Assembly (NCBI GenBank): GCA_965153455.1
Contig: OZ234493.1
Location: forward strand, 8,298,213 to 8,362,212
Reading direction: 5' to 3'
Length of the DNA stretch: 64,000 bases
Origin: Sphagnum compactum
Lineage: Eukaryota
Shown here: positions 36,701 through 49,971 of the stretch, piece by piece
Numbering within the stretch: position 1 is the stretch's first letter
Layout: each line of letters begins with the position of its first letter
The notes under the pieces: model-generated
The model's database searches: none
What the model saw: only the letters and a program-made list of their open reading frames with translations
Told to the model about the DNA's origin: nothing
Made by a program: the position numbers and the translations under genes

Positions 36701-37821
36701 TCAAATTCCCTTTCAGGAAGGTCAATACTTTTGTTAGCAACAGATATTTCAGAACAAGAGTTGTCACATGGAGATCAATATACAAGAAGAAGCTTAGCTA
36801 CACAAACGGACATTGTTCTGGTCAGCTTCTTTGTTGTAGTGAAATCAAATGGGTATTACCATATATACATGGTTGAAATGAGTGGCTACAGAGGTGGAAA
36901 AATAGCAAACAAATCTCAAAATTTTCCTTGGAATGCTTGCTCAAAATAAAGATCTCCTTTGTAATAGCCCCAGTTGTGTGCCCAAGCTATTTATGCATTT
37001 ATGATATGAAAATTGGTGATGGATTTAGTTGTGCCTAATCATGTCTTGATTTTATTTGACAAGGGAGCCAATATGGACTTTATGAATGAAGATGATGACA
37101 ATGACAATAGCCTTCATGGTCATGAAGAAAACCATCGTGAAGAGCTCAGAAAGATGCGAAAAAAGATGGTAAAAACTCAATGCTATATAAGTCAATTTTT
37201 TATCTCCCACTTAACAAGTATTAGCTCATAACATGTTTGTTGTGGAACTAAGACTCATATTTGTGATTTGGTATGGGCCAGCTTAAGCTAATGAAGCAGC
37301 TACGGTTTTGGAGATCACGAAATTGGTTTTCACAACACCACATGTTAATTGACAGAAGCAACCCCAAAATTGCAGATACAACATCAGCTGATCATGCCAA
37401 TGCCAAGGTCCTCCAGGGTGTTATGCCCTTTCCTAAGTTGGAACCTCCTCCTACCAAGCATGCATGTGTCATGGTGCCAAAGGAACACCAAACAAATCCA
37501 CAGGCAGGCAGGCAGGCGAGAAACTTTCAGCTCCCTCAGCTTCAGCTAGAGAGATTGCAGCAATTGGGTGCAGGCCAATCCTCTCGACAAACCTCAGTGA
37601 GGGGATTCCATTCAGCTCATCCAGATATGTATTCTAACACATCTCTGAAACTTCGGTTTAGTCAGTTTCTCATTTGCAGTAGTAGATCTCCTGTTCAAAC
37701 ACATCGTGCAGCTCCTCTGCAGCAAAACATCAATAGGCGAACTTTGTACCCATCACCACAAAAGAACATCAAGAAAGTCTTGAAGAGTGCAACCTCCTCC
37801 TCGCAACATCGATATGAATAA
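30728..37821 (+). CDS. Uncharacterised multi-exon protein, ~1050 aa, with predicted helical/coiled-coil N-half, Gly/Tyr-rich repeats, Ser-rich tract and basic tail
   Basis: Hand-built, phase-consistent GT-AG model: 30728-30838, 30972-31299, 31394-31456, 31513-31646, 31972-32229, 32560-32629, 33331-33515, 33639-33677, 33822-33893, 34038-34106, 34822-34863, 34954-35010, 35148-35195, 35486-35519, 35817-36820, 37064-37168, 37282-37821. No stop in the joined frame. The small exons 8-12 and the last acceptor are the least certain. No family recognised. Confidence 0.6.
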
Positions 37822-38824
37822 AGGGTTCACAGTGTGCATCTAGACTACATGGGCTTACAAGACTCTACGGGTAAATAACATTCAAATCTACATTTCTCTG
37901 TCTTTTTGGTACAGATTAGCTACATATAGTGGAGATCTTCTGTGAATTCATATAGTCATGAAAAGTGCTAAGTAATACCACCACCTACTTGCTAATTTTC
38001 TACATCACCCCCACATGTCGTAGTGATTCTGTAGCTAGATGTAGCGAAGCAGCTGGGATTTCTCATAGCAAATTTACTAAGAGGTTTGGAGATGCTTTGA
38101 ATTTTGTTGCGGGTCTAAATGTATAAAGTAAGAAAATCTTCCATCCCATCCAGTAGAGGTCATCACACAAATTTGAGGCCTAGACCTCTTGCAACTTCCC
38201 AGGTCCTATCAAGTCTTTCATGGGACCCTAGATTTCTTGGGTTCTCTCAACTTCCCTAGCCCCCAAACTTCCCCCATTATAGGTCTCCTCCCTTGATCCT
38301 AGCTTCTTGGGTTCACCTAGCTTTTCCAGATCCCCCCAAAACCCCTTGGATTGACATCTTTCCCCATCCACTTGTGCCCGAATTTCATCTCTACATCACA
38401 TACATCCATCCACCCTACAAGGATATCCATCCTATTTCCATTTTGAAAGATGAAGTGAAAAGCATTGCACTACTTTTATGACTTGTGACAGTTATGAACT
38501 GTGATTTTAGGGGACTTGAATTTTGGAATTAGGATTCATCAGTGCTCGATTTCCTAAAGTAGATCAATTGAATGTGATTTTGCACTTCTTCCATTTGGGA
38601 CCAAAGCTTGTTTCCAATGCACATTGGCATGTGGTGCTATTCACCTCTCCTATTCACCTCTCCTATTAATTAGATGAGGTGCTTCCCAAGTTCAATTTTA
38701 TATGTTTTTTGCAACAAGTCAATGAAACTATGGATACTCCCCAAAATAGAAGGTTCTATTTTAAAGTATAGAACCTTCTATTATACGATTCTAGAAAGCA
38801 TATGGCATAAAAGTGAGGTGTTAT

Positions 38825-38915
38825 GGAGAACATGTTGGGGAACACATTGGGAACCTGATGGGAACCCATTGGGAACTTAAAGGGAACATAGTGAGAACAC
38901 ATTGGGAACCAGGAA
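38825..38915 (+). repeat. GGGAAC-cored ~11-12-bp tandem repeat within a short dispersed element (~38640-39100)
   Basis: GGGAACACATT GGGAACCTGAT GGGAACCCATT GGGAACTTAAA GGGAACATAGT GAGAACACATT GGGAACC. Confidence 0.7.
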
Positions 38916-39419
38916 ATATGAAAAAAAAAATCCCCCCCCCCCCCTCCTTCCTTCCCAAAAAAAACTTTAAAAGGGAAAAAGCAAGGCACCTTGAGTGCAT
39001 GTTTGGGCCTTCCCATCGGCTGCATGAAATTTCTCTTCCCAAAAGAGTTTGTCACTATTTTTGGCCTGGCCTAATACCCCCCATGCAAGGAACAATCTAC
39101 CTATTTAGGCTTCATGTGGCTACCCCACTCTCAAATGTCAAAGCCCCAAACATAAGCCCCAGTTCCATAACAAATGTTAATGTCATCAACATTATGAGGC
39201 CAAGGGCTTACAACTTAGAGCACTTTGTACTCCAGAAGACCCAAAATCCAATAAGTTCATCCCTACTTAGAACTTTCAAGGTATGGGCATAACCCCTTTG
39301 TTGTCATGGCAGGGCATCCATTTGGCTAAATGTCTTGTAAAATGATTCAAAACAATTTTTTTGTTAAATCTTTCAAAATTCCCCAAAATTTCCTGGATTG
39401 CAATATTTAATCAACCTGC

Positions 39420-39680
39420 CCCACTGTTTTTTTCTAGTTTTTTTCTTCTTTTTCAATTTTGTGATGTTGCTCAAGTGGTCATCATCCAATAAGTATATTT
39501 AGCCAACATTTGGCAATACTCGAAATATGAAAGTAGAAAATCTTAAGCATCCTTTCCACATTGTAAGCAATTGTGGCAATCTTTGATTTTTTTCCCAAAT
39601 ATATATGGAATTTGAGATGGAATATTCTTTTGCCCAAAAAAAAGTTGCAAAATGGCAAAAATTTACCACCAAAGAAATCA
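39420..39680 (+). repeat. Short MITE-like repeat, copy 3
   Basis: CACTGTTTTTTT...TTTTGTGATGTTGCTCAAGTGGTCATCATCCA...TTTAGCCAACATTTGGC...GAAAGTAGAAAA. Confidence 0.5.
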
Positions 39681-39867
39681 TGGACTTGATCATGATCGTT
39701 TGTGATGTCAAATTTAGAGTTTGACAGATTATGGAACATAGGATTGGATGAATGTGCTCCTAGTTGATCATATTAAGCCACATGAACTCACATTGAAAAG
39801 AAAAGGTCAAAGTAACGATTGATGATATCATTGATTTTTTAAGTTAATTAAAATGCAAAGATTGATA

Positions 39868-42390
39868 CATTATGAGAAAAAGAAAAAGAAATGAATTGCA
39901 ATGACCACTTACAACTCATTATATTTTTATGTTATGATTCCTATCAGACAAGTTGCATGAATTACAAGAGTTGCAACTCATTGTATATATGGTGCAATTC
40001 ATTGCAACTCAATTGCAAATCAATTACAACTCTATCGAAAAAACTCATTTTCAACTATTATGCAACTCCATTACAACTACAACCATAGTGTCATGCTAAT
40101 GTTATTAATTTTCATCCATCCGTTCATATTTGACATGTGATAAATGAAGGATTTTAAATCTATATTTTTTTTTTGAAATATTGATTCTCATGTCTATTGT
40201 GATTGTTAAAGATGGTCTTAGATTATGACATGTGGCACAATATTAAAAAATTCCCCCAAGGCATATTAATTGAATTTTGAAAAAAAAACAAATATCTATT
40301 TTAATAATTAAGTAGGTCAATATACAGCCATTGGTAGGTAGGTTCATAGGTCCTAAGACCTACATACCTACATTACATACTTATTTATTTACCTACTTAC
40401 ATAGGTAGGTAAAATAATAGGATTTACTTACTTATGTAAATAAGCAAGTACATAAGAAAATACAAGATTAGGTGAATTAAAGAATAATTATGTAATTTCT
40501 TTTTTTCATTTTATGTTTGCCTCTAAGGTTAAGCTTTTTTGAATTCATCCTAAACTCGCACATGTATTTTAATACAAGAACATAAAAGAACACCTTCTTT
40601 ATATAATTTGTGAGATGAGATTCAAAAACAAAACAAATTAGTTAAATATTTTAGTTATTTTTTTGTTGCAAATTGAATTGCAACTACAAAAAGATTTCCC
40701 ACATCCTTTATATATATTTTTAATTATGTAAGCCATGCAATTAAATTAATTATTATCTAATACTTATATATGTGAATTAATTATTTAATATTTAATTATC
40801 TGAAATAGTGATTTTAATTAATTAATTTAGTTCAGATAATTAATTATCAAAAAAAATTATCCGATTTTATCCAAAATAATTATCTGAAAACTAAATTTCT
40901 GAATTAAATATCTCATAATTTAACGTTTGGATCCATTATTTGAATTAATTAGTTCAATTCAAATAATTATTTAGTTAGTTGATAAATTTAGATGATTGGT
41001 ATAAGATAATTAATTATTTTAATTAAAGAAATAAAATTTAATTTCAAAATAATCAATCTAATCATCTAATTTGTTTGTTAATTACTTCAAATAATTAATT
41101 ATTTCATTTTAGATAACTTATTATCAGATGATTTATTTTCTAAATTCATATAATTATTTATTTATTATCTGAATTTTTATTATTTATTTTAATTAACTAA
41201 AAAATTAATTATTTAAGTAAAATTTATTTAAAACTCACATTAATAACTAATTATTCATTTAAACGTAATTATTTCATAATAATTAAGTAAATTACACATA
41301 TTAATTAACATTTAATGATGAATAAATTACTGAAAATAACCCAATACTAAAAGTTTAAAATTTAATATGAATTTGGGTAGAAAACATTAGGTCTAAATAC
41401 GAATATCCATGTCTACACCCAAATTTTATTTTTAATATAATATACACATTGCTCTTAGTTTCACATTTAAGTTAATTATATGTATCTAGAGAAATTTTTT
41501 AATTAATTTAAATAATTAATGATTTGGTAATTGTTTATGATATAATAATTATCTTCATTCATCAATTTAATTCATTATTAAATATCCCCAACCTAGATAA
41601 ATATTTATCTAAATATTATTTGACGAGTAATGATTTTTTTTATACATCCATATTATTCAATTTAATTAGCATAATTAGTTAGTTAGTTATTTTTAAATTA
41701 ATTATATGAATTACATTTATTCATTTATATTATTTTTGAATTATTTAGTATAATTAGTTTTTTCATAATAATTAAATTTATTGAGCACAATTAATATTTA
41801 ATAATCAAATTATTGAAACAATAATTTTTAATAAAATATTACATATGAATTTGTATCTTTATTAAATTATAAGTTATTACACAATAGTAACAATATAGTT
41901 GAACAGTAATAGTTCAATAGTGCTGCACTAGTGATTTTACTAGTTATATCAATGGGAATTATAATTGAAAACTAGTTATGAATGTATCTCATAATGGGTC
42001 GTGGAAATGCAAAAACGCAGCATGATTGCATGTATATACGTTGTACACTAATTGCAACATAATTTTTATGTCAGTGGTACATTTACAAAGGTTTTAAAAT
42101 AGTTCCCACATGTAATTACATTACAACTCTTCAAAAAAATGAAACATGGTTGACTACAAATGCATATGGTGTGTACAAATTATTGTATAAAATACCCATT
42201 TTCAACTCACTTACAACTAAGTAATTTTCTAATGTGGTAATTTATTTATTAATCCCCCATATTTTCAAACTGGTAGTTGCATAATAATTGTACTACCAAA
42301 TGGATAGTTACACAATAGTTGTATACGAATTCTTTTTTGAATTCTAGTTGTAAGGCAATGTGATTTTGAGAAACACAATTTCTCATAGTG
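39868..42390. mobile_element. Non-autonomous CACTA/EnSpm-type element, 2523 bp
   Basis: Termini CATTATGAGAAA (39868) and TTTCTCATAGTG (42390; reverse complement CACTATGAGAAA), each flanked by the same 3-bp target duplication ATA. Subterminal TT(G/A)CAACT repeats, A/T-only core at ~40730-41870, no ORF. Confidence 0.85.
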
Positions 42391-45300
42391 ATAACTGTTG
42401 GGGCTAGTAAAAATAATAGTTGGGGGATGGTGTACGTGTCCTTTCCCTAACTCACCTGAAAAGGTTATTGAATTGCATATTTGATCTTACATGTTGAAAA
42501 TGGTGGAAATAATGGGCGGTTGGGGGATGATAAAGTACACAGTTTGAATTTGAATTTGAATCTTTTCATTTATTTTATAGTAACACTAGTATCAATATCT
42601 ACAACACTCATGTTCCAATGTGCACAAAGGTGATCAAACACTCTTTGTTTTTTAAATATGTTAAAAAACCTTCAACAAGGTGATTGAAGGAGCTTGAACT
42701 CATTGGGACAAAGAGGAAGTCTTGTCATGAAAACAAATTCTCTTTTTAAAAAATGGTTTGAAGGAACTTGAATTCATGCAAAAGGGAAGGAAGTTTTTTA
42801 AGGTAAAGATGGACCATTTAGTTTTACATTAGTAATAAAAGATTGCCCAAGTTGCAAATTTCCATGCCCAAACCAAATAAAGTGACAACGCTATTTTTAA
42901 GAGTTCAATGCAAAAGTAAAATTTATGATAACTTAAGTTGGTTGAGGAGTTTTTAATTTTATAAGTTCACCCAAAGGTTAAGGATGGTGTAGATTGAAGA
43001 AATAAGGTTAAGGGAATTGAGGAAAACAATTGGGGAAGCTAGTTTAACTTTTAATATTGCATTGATTCCATATGTCCAGATGAATTCCAAACATGGAAAA
43101 TGATTACAAACAAATTTTAAGAATTCATATAGTGATAAATAAATCCCTATATACATACCTTAAACAATTGTTGTTGGACATAAAAAATTCATGTCTTTAT
43201 GACATTAAAGTCATCAACAACATTATCACAACATTGGTGAAAAATTACACGGGAAAGGTACCGTAAAATGGATTGGATGTAACAAAAAAAGGAGGTAGGG
43301 AGACTAACTATTTGGACTTCTTTACCCCACACAATATCTACCATAGATTTCTCAACACATTCCTCACCCTTCTTGTCTTCGCAAATCATGCAATGCACCT
43401 TATCCTTAACGCCTCAATTGTCATGTTATTGCCCAATGAGGCTCAAATCTAAACCTATAGCTCTTAAGTTTATGTCATTTCCTTCATCATGGATTTATGC
43501 AATTCCAACAACACATTTTAACTCCAACCTAGCCAAGGTGCTTCAATATTCATTTCACCCCAACCCGTTCACCATACAATTCAACAAAGACATGTGCATT
43601 CTAAGGGAAAAAGATTGATGACATCAAAGTTGCAACAAAATGTTTTTGACAAATGCCCTTAAATCTCCACTTTTCACATAAGCACATGTAGCCAACATAT
43701 ACATCAAATTCACCATGGATGTAAAACACATAATCCTACCAAATTTGTTCACAAAGATCCTTGATCATCATGGGCTACCATGATAATATTCTTACCACCT
43801 ACCAAAAGCATCAAACCCCAATGCATGTATCACATTCAAAATGTTGCAACCATGGACAAGATAGTATCTTTCACACAATTACAAAAACATGGTTTTTTCA
43901 CTAATAACATCAAGATTAAAATGAATGTTAAGTCAAGTTCATTCGTTTGAAATGACTAATTATGTTCAATTTGACTAATATCAAAACTAGGTATGGCTAT
44001 TTTGATTTTAAAAACTAACTATCTAGTGAAAACAAACATTATGTTGGACACATGGTGTACATGGCACCCACATTGAATTATCTGACTTGCCTGATGCACT
44101 AACATGCGTGAAATCAATCATTTAGATATGACAATTAATCATGACTGTAATGTTATTTTTGATGATTTGTCAATACTAAAATAACAAAAATAATATATTT
44201 AAATTTTTGAATTGAATTATGAAAAAAAAATGAAAGTAAATTATAAATAGCATTTTTTCGTTTTTTAATTATTCAAATAAAAATAAAAAATAGTGGAAAA
44301 CATTGAAAATATAACAAAATGACATGTGAAAAAACAAAAGATCAATTTGAATTTTTTTCAATTTATGAAAAAAACATAACTAATGTTCATGTCAAGTGAG
44401 GTGATTTTTTTATTTTTTAATTTCCTCTACAAAATTAAAGACGTGTGAATTTTAATTATATAATTTTCAAAGTGAAATTAATTTCATTGTGATATTCTTA
44501 GAAATAAAATTTTAATACAACTACTATACTTTTTTTTTCAAAATTCAAAACATAAAAGTCAATTTAATGTTTTACCATTTGGAATTTGGAATTTTATATG
44601 ATTCAATATATTCATTGTAGTAATCAAAATTAAAGTGAATTACATTGAATAATGATATTAAATATGTACATGTGTAAAAAAAATTCTTTTTAAAATTTTA
44701 AAATTTTATAATAATTAAGGTTCTAATGTGTGATATTAAAAAAAAGGTGTTTATACATTTTGGAATCATAGTTGATATCACCACGTGAAGTGACAGTTGA
44801 ATGGTATTTAGGCTTTGAGTTGTGAATGAAAAGGTGAAGCTTCAAACTTCACTTTGAACATGTTGTGCCGATGGCATCATCATAATAACCTATTGTAATT
44901 TTGCCAAACTATATATATATAATGAAAATGGAATCAAAGGTTTAACGTGACATTTGATTCATCCATAGGTTAATATAAAAGAAAAAATATATTACTATTG
45001 TTATTATTTTAAAATATACTAAATTAACATTGCCACGTCAACTAATTGCCATTTCAAATGATCACATCAATTAGTATATTTTGTCATCTTAGTCATTTTG
45101 GACAATCATTTTAATAAAAAAATCAAAATTTTGGCATAAATGACTAGTCCAATGTGACTAAGGACAAATTTTTGAATAAAATTTCAGTCATAAAAAATGT
45201 AAAACAACACACATTTTTACATGTAAAAATTTCACATGTTTAAAACAAATTTTACATGTTCATCAAACCTAAGGCCATTCCCATCTGAATTGTAGCAATT

Positions 45301-47629
45301 TGGACCAATGTTCCATTGTTTAATCTACCTATAGACTTGAATACACCGAATTATATTTTAACTTTGATCTCCTTATCAAAATTGCAAAAATCTAACTAAT
45401 CAAATCTATTTAATACACCACCTCCTTCTTTGTTATTTGCCATCATTCATTGGTTCTTCAAATTAATTGTTTGTTTTACCTCATATTCCATCTAAATTAA
45501 AATAAGTAAATTTGATATCTTTGTCACCAACTCAACAACCTTTGCACCTCTTCTATTCGATTATTTGGATGCTCTCTACTTCATCCATAAACTTCCCAAA
45601 GCAAACACAAATTCTTTATTAAGACCAAGAGGAATCCCCTTAGTTTGTTTAGCAATTCATATGTAGCTAATTTTTCAAAAATCAAACCATGTTAAGTAAT
45701 TGCAAGGAATTCACACTTGAGGGTTGAAAAGTAACCATTCACTAAACAAACCCAAAAATTACACAATGGACACCATTTGGTGTTACATGCACCTATGAAC
45801 TTGGACAAAACAATGTTTAATGTGAAGACAACTAAATGGTGCATGAAATATTTGTGTCACTAAATTGGATGATTGTTAAGGATGCAATGCCCCATGCATA
45901 ATTTGCTTCATTTATAATTTGAATGATAGGATGTTTAACATGGCATCAAATTTTGGACAATTTTATAATTAGAGGCCATTTGAACTTATTTTTATTAGTG
46001 TGACATCATTTTTTCCTTCAATTCAAGACTTAACCTTATGGAATGTTGGAATTTTAAAAACACAAGAGAAACATGGAATCATTGGAAAATATATTACTTG
46101 TACTTTTAAAAAGAAGTTTCAAATGTGGATTTTAATTATCATTTCCCATCTTTCAAAATGAAACGTAAATTCTATAACTTAAGGTCCATTATGAATATTA
46201 GAACATTACAAATTCATGTAATGCCAACTAGTGTGGCATGTACCACCAACCCAAGTGTGAACATGACTATGTAATTGCTCCAAGGGTTAACATGACCTTC
46301 ACAATAGAGCCCAATTGTGAAAAAATAATTTTTAGTGACATGTATTAATCAAAATTCAAGCTATTATTGTACATGGTTTATTGTTGTTTGGTTTATGTTT
46401 ATGAACATTGATAGTCAATGTAGGTGTCATATTACATAACAAATGATACCAAGAGCATGGTGGGAGGCATTGCGGTTTAGGAAATCTCAACCGGCAAACC
46501 AACAAACTGCCTTCCTTAATAAATAGATGTTGCAACATTCTATTCTTTGATGTGTATGATCCAAGTGTGTATAAAGGTTTGTTGTTTACATGATGCAATG
46601 ATATTTTGTCATAATTTATATGTATTGTCTATTAAACACCTATGGAATGGAACTAAAATTCTTGTTTGTGATAAGTGTCATGCACACCATATTGACATGT
46701 ACACCTATCATTGTCCACAAACACAAACCAAATAATAACAAACCTTCATATCAAACCAAAAAGATTACTCATTTACCAAGAGGAATTTAAACCCAAAACT
46801 TTATATGATAACAAACAAATAACTCACAAATGTCTAATATTACACTTGGGTTTAAATTCTTTAAGGTGTACCAAAATTCTATTACAACTTCACCTTTTTT
46901 AAAAAAAATTCCTAGTTATTTTTTTACCATGTAAGTACACAAAATGGATGATAATGATGGAATTTAGAATTGTTGTGGATTGAAATATGGTACACATGAA
47001 ATATTTGACATTTTTTTATTCATTAATATTGATGGGGATCAAAATATAGGGGAAAAAATAACAACATTAAAGACTAGGTCCTTTTTGTCCTCAATCATAC
47101 ACTTTAAAGGATTTTAACCCACTTGAACAAGAAACAAATAATTCACAAATGTTTAATACTACACTTGAACAAGTTTTGGACTTTCAAAAACCAAAAGTGA
47201 AACTCCAAAGCAAAACAAAGTGGATAACACCCCTCAAACACAAAATAATCCAAATTATGTTCTCATTAAACCAATTTGTATGACTAATCCAAACCCAGTC
47301 CAATTTATATCTAAATTAAACTTAGTGAAATTGATTAATACTAGAACCCCTAACACATTTTTAAAACTTTGTGACACATACATTTGCTTGGAAATTTCCA
47401 TTCAATTTGGTTATTTTGTCTTGTGGAAAATGGAACAACATAATGAAAATGAATGTAAATAAATGCAAAATGAAAATTTCATGAATGAAATTCAAATAAA
47501 ATAAAATAAAATGGAAAATAATTTGAAAAAAATCCAAGTTAGCAAACAAAAGTAAGTAGAGTGCCAAGGAATGAAAAGGAAAAATCAAATTCAATCTTGA
47601 AAAGTGGAAAGGTGGAAAGGTAATAACAA

Positions 47630-49971
47630 AAATGTTTTATGTTGGGGATTTTTTGCGTCAATGATAACAATGATATGGATGGTAATGATCCACAAATATG
47701 AAATTTAAAATCATCCAATTATTTTTTTCAATCCAAAAATTCAAACAAAGAAAATATTAATATCTTATTATAAATGTAATGGAATAACTACATTGAAAAA
47801 ACCTGTGTATGCAAAAAAATCAATTATTTCCAAAAGGTTTGGAAAGGAGGTGAACAATCCATTAGAAGAAAATAATAATAATAAAAAAAACCTACAAAAG
47901 CAATGCCAAAGGTATTTGAGTCATTAATATGAAAAAAGTTGGTGTAAAAGATCTTTTGAAAAAGGATGCCAATGTATAATAAAAAATCTTTTTGGAAAGG
48001 CTTAGCCTTTTAATAGTCAAAAATCATTCTCTTTAGTGGAAAATGTATGTTTAAAACATGTGATTCTACATTTGTGTCTTTGAGTTGTGTTTCCTTGGGG
48101 AAAAAAAACCACACAAATGTTGCCTACCTTGGTGGACAAACACTAAACAAATGTATGTGTTATCAATCTTTAAAAAATGTCAATCTATAACTATTAGTTT
48201 TGATCTTTGGATGTTTAAAGGAGATCATGATATTTTTGCACATGTTATTAATTTATTGGGAGCTAATAGGTAACCTAAACAATTTATTATTGGTTTATTT
48301 GAAACTATTGAAATTATAAGGCAGGCGCTAGCAAGAAACCTAACTAATTTATTGAATCAACATGGTTTAAGGAAAAAAATCATTGCATGTGTTAAAGATG
48401 AGGATTTAAATTTAAATGCAATGACAAGTGCTTTTATATATGTTGCGAGTTGTGAAGTCTTAAGGATGGACTTAAAAGTGTCCAAGGGACTTGTTTTGGG
48501 CATGTTTTTTCTAAAGCTTGTCAATATGCCACAAAATATGAGAAAGTTTGCAAAGGATTCAAATATGTGTCAATAAAGTTTGCATAAGTAAATTTGCAAA
48601 ACTACATCACTTGGCCAAAAAGATTTGGTAAGGGCAAACATGAATGGAATAAGGCTTCTGTGGATGTAGGGCTTTATCCCAAGAAATGAACACTCCTATG
48701 AAAACAAGGTTGTTTTAATAACTTTAATTAATTCTTTTTTAAATTTTTTCATTGTTACCTTTTTTCTAAATAGTGAAAAATAACATTTCAATTAGTTATG
48801 ATGTTTTGCAAAACAAAATAATCATTTTTTTAAAAAATTGCAATTTAAGGAGGCTATTGTTTTTTATTTACTACAAATAGATTATAATGATAATGATTCG
48901 GGGTGTTCCACCTCCTTTAACACAACATATCTCTTCAATTATTGCAAATTGTTTTTCTCATATTGTAACTACTTGTGAGTTGAACCAATTTCATGGGCAT
49001 TGGTTACTTAATGATGCCTTACATGCTACCATAACCATGAGCTTGAAATTAAAGAAAAAAAACTTAAAATCGACCTTTTGTAAATATTGTGATGGAAATG
49101 ATTTTGGCATTGTTGCATAATTATTGTTATTTACATTAAAATCAATAAAAGAAGTATGTGGTGTCCTAGATTGGTTCCTTCAATTTTTCCAAAATATGCT
49201 AAAATATTTTGGAATAAACTTAGTCCTTTTGAAAGGCCCAAAAAAAAAAACTTTTAAATTGGACACAATTTGTGTTCAAGGTCAATTTGGTGCAACTTTG
49301 TAACACATGTTTTTTTTTTCTTTTTTTTGCTTGACCCCTCCTTGTAAAGCTACCAAACTTTAAACCCATTAACTTTATTTCATGTAAAACAATAGTTTAA
49401 GATATAGATTCTTGTGGTAGAGCCATTTGTTTTTTTTTTTTTTTTTCATATTTAAAAAAATTGGTCAAACTTTCTGATTTTGATTTTTTAAATTCTTAAG
49501 CCGGTCCTCAAAGAGGTGATTCTCACAAACTTAACAACATACAATTATCTTAATTTCTCCTCTCAAATATTATAATTATCTATAATATATTTAAAAAGAT
49601 AAATCAGACTTCAAAAATTAAAGCACATGAAAGGAATCAATAAAATTTGATCATTATGTGAAAAATATGATTTTAGAACTTCATCTTATTCAAAAGCTAG
49701 ACAAGACTTATGAACATCTTATGAAGTTTTAGAATCATATATGATGTTCATAAGATGATTTGTAACCCTAACCATTAAACTTACTTTTAATTTTCCGCCC
49801 TTCATACCCAATCAAATGAGTTTGCACAATGCCTCTATATGCAAACACCAATTAAAATAGACAAATTTTTTTATTTTTTTATTTTTTAAAAAATAGACCA
49901 ATTTTTAATAATCACCTTTGAAATTGAAACCAATGGTCCTTCAAAAAAAATGTGAAAACTACCCAACACTA
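47630..49971 (+). pseudogene. hAT transposase fossil 2 (heavily degraded) with probable 3' TIR
   Basis: CWGFFCVNDN, SFDLWMFKGDHDIFAHVINLLG, KKIIACVKDEDLNLNAMT, TCFGHVFSKACQY, TPMKTR|intron, GHWLLNDAL. Coding homology stops at ~49200. ACCCAACACTA at 49961-49971 matches the terminus at 58804. Confidence 0.75.

Noticed and set aside
42540-47600. Possible Helitron or other TE remnants (ACTAGT near 42585, CTATATATATATAATGAAA at 44909, decayed coding-like stretches at 43000-43900 and 45260-45740)
   Set aside because: No Rep/helicase motif or convincing terminal hairpin could be read; too degraded to classify by eye.
49707-49754. Hairpin CTTATGAACATC...GATGTTCATAAG
   Set aside because: Short, inside TE debris, and not followed by a CTRR Helitron end; no miRNA evidence.
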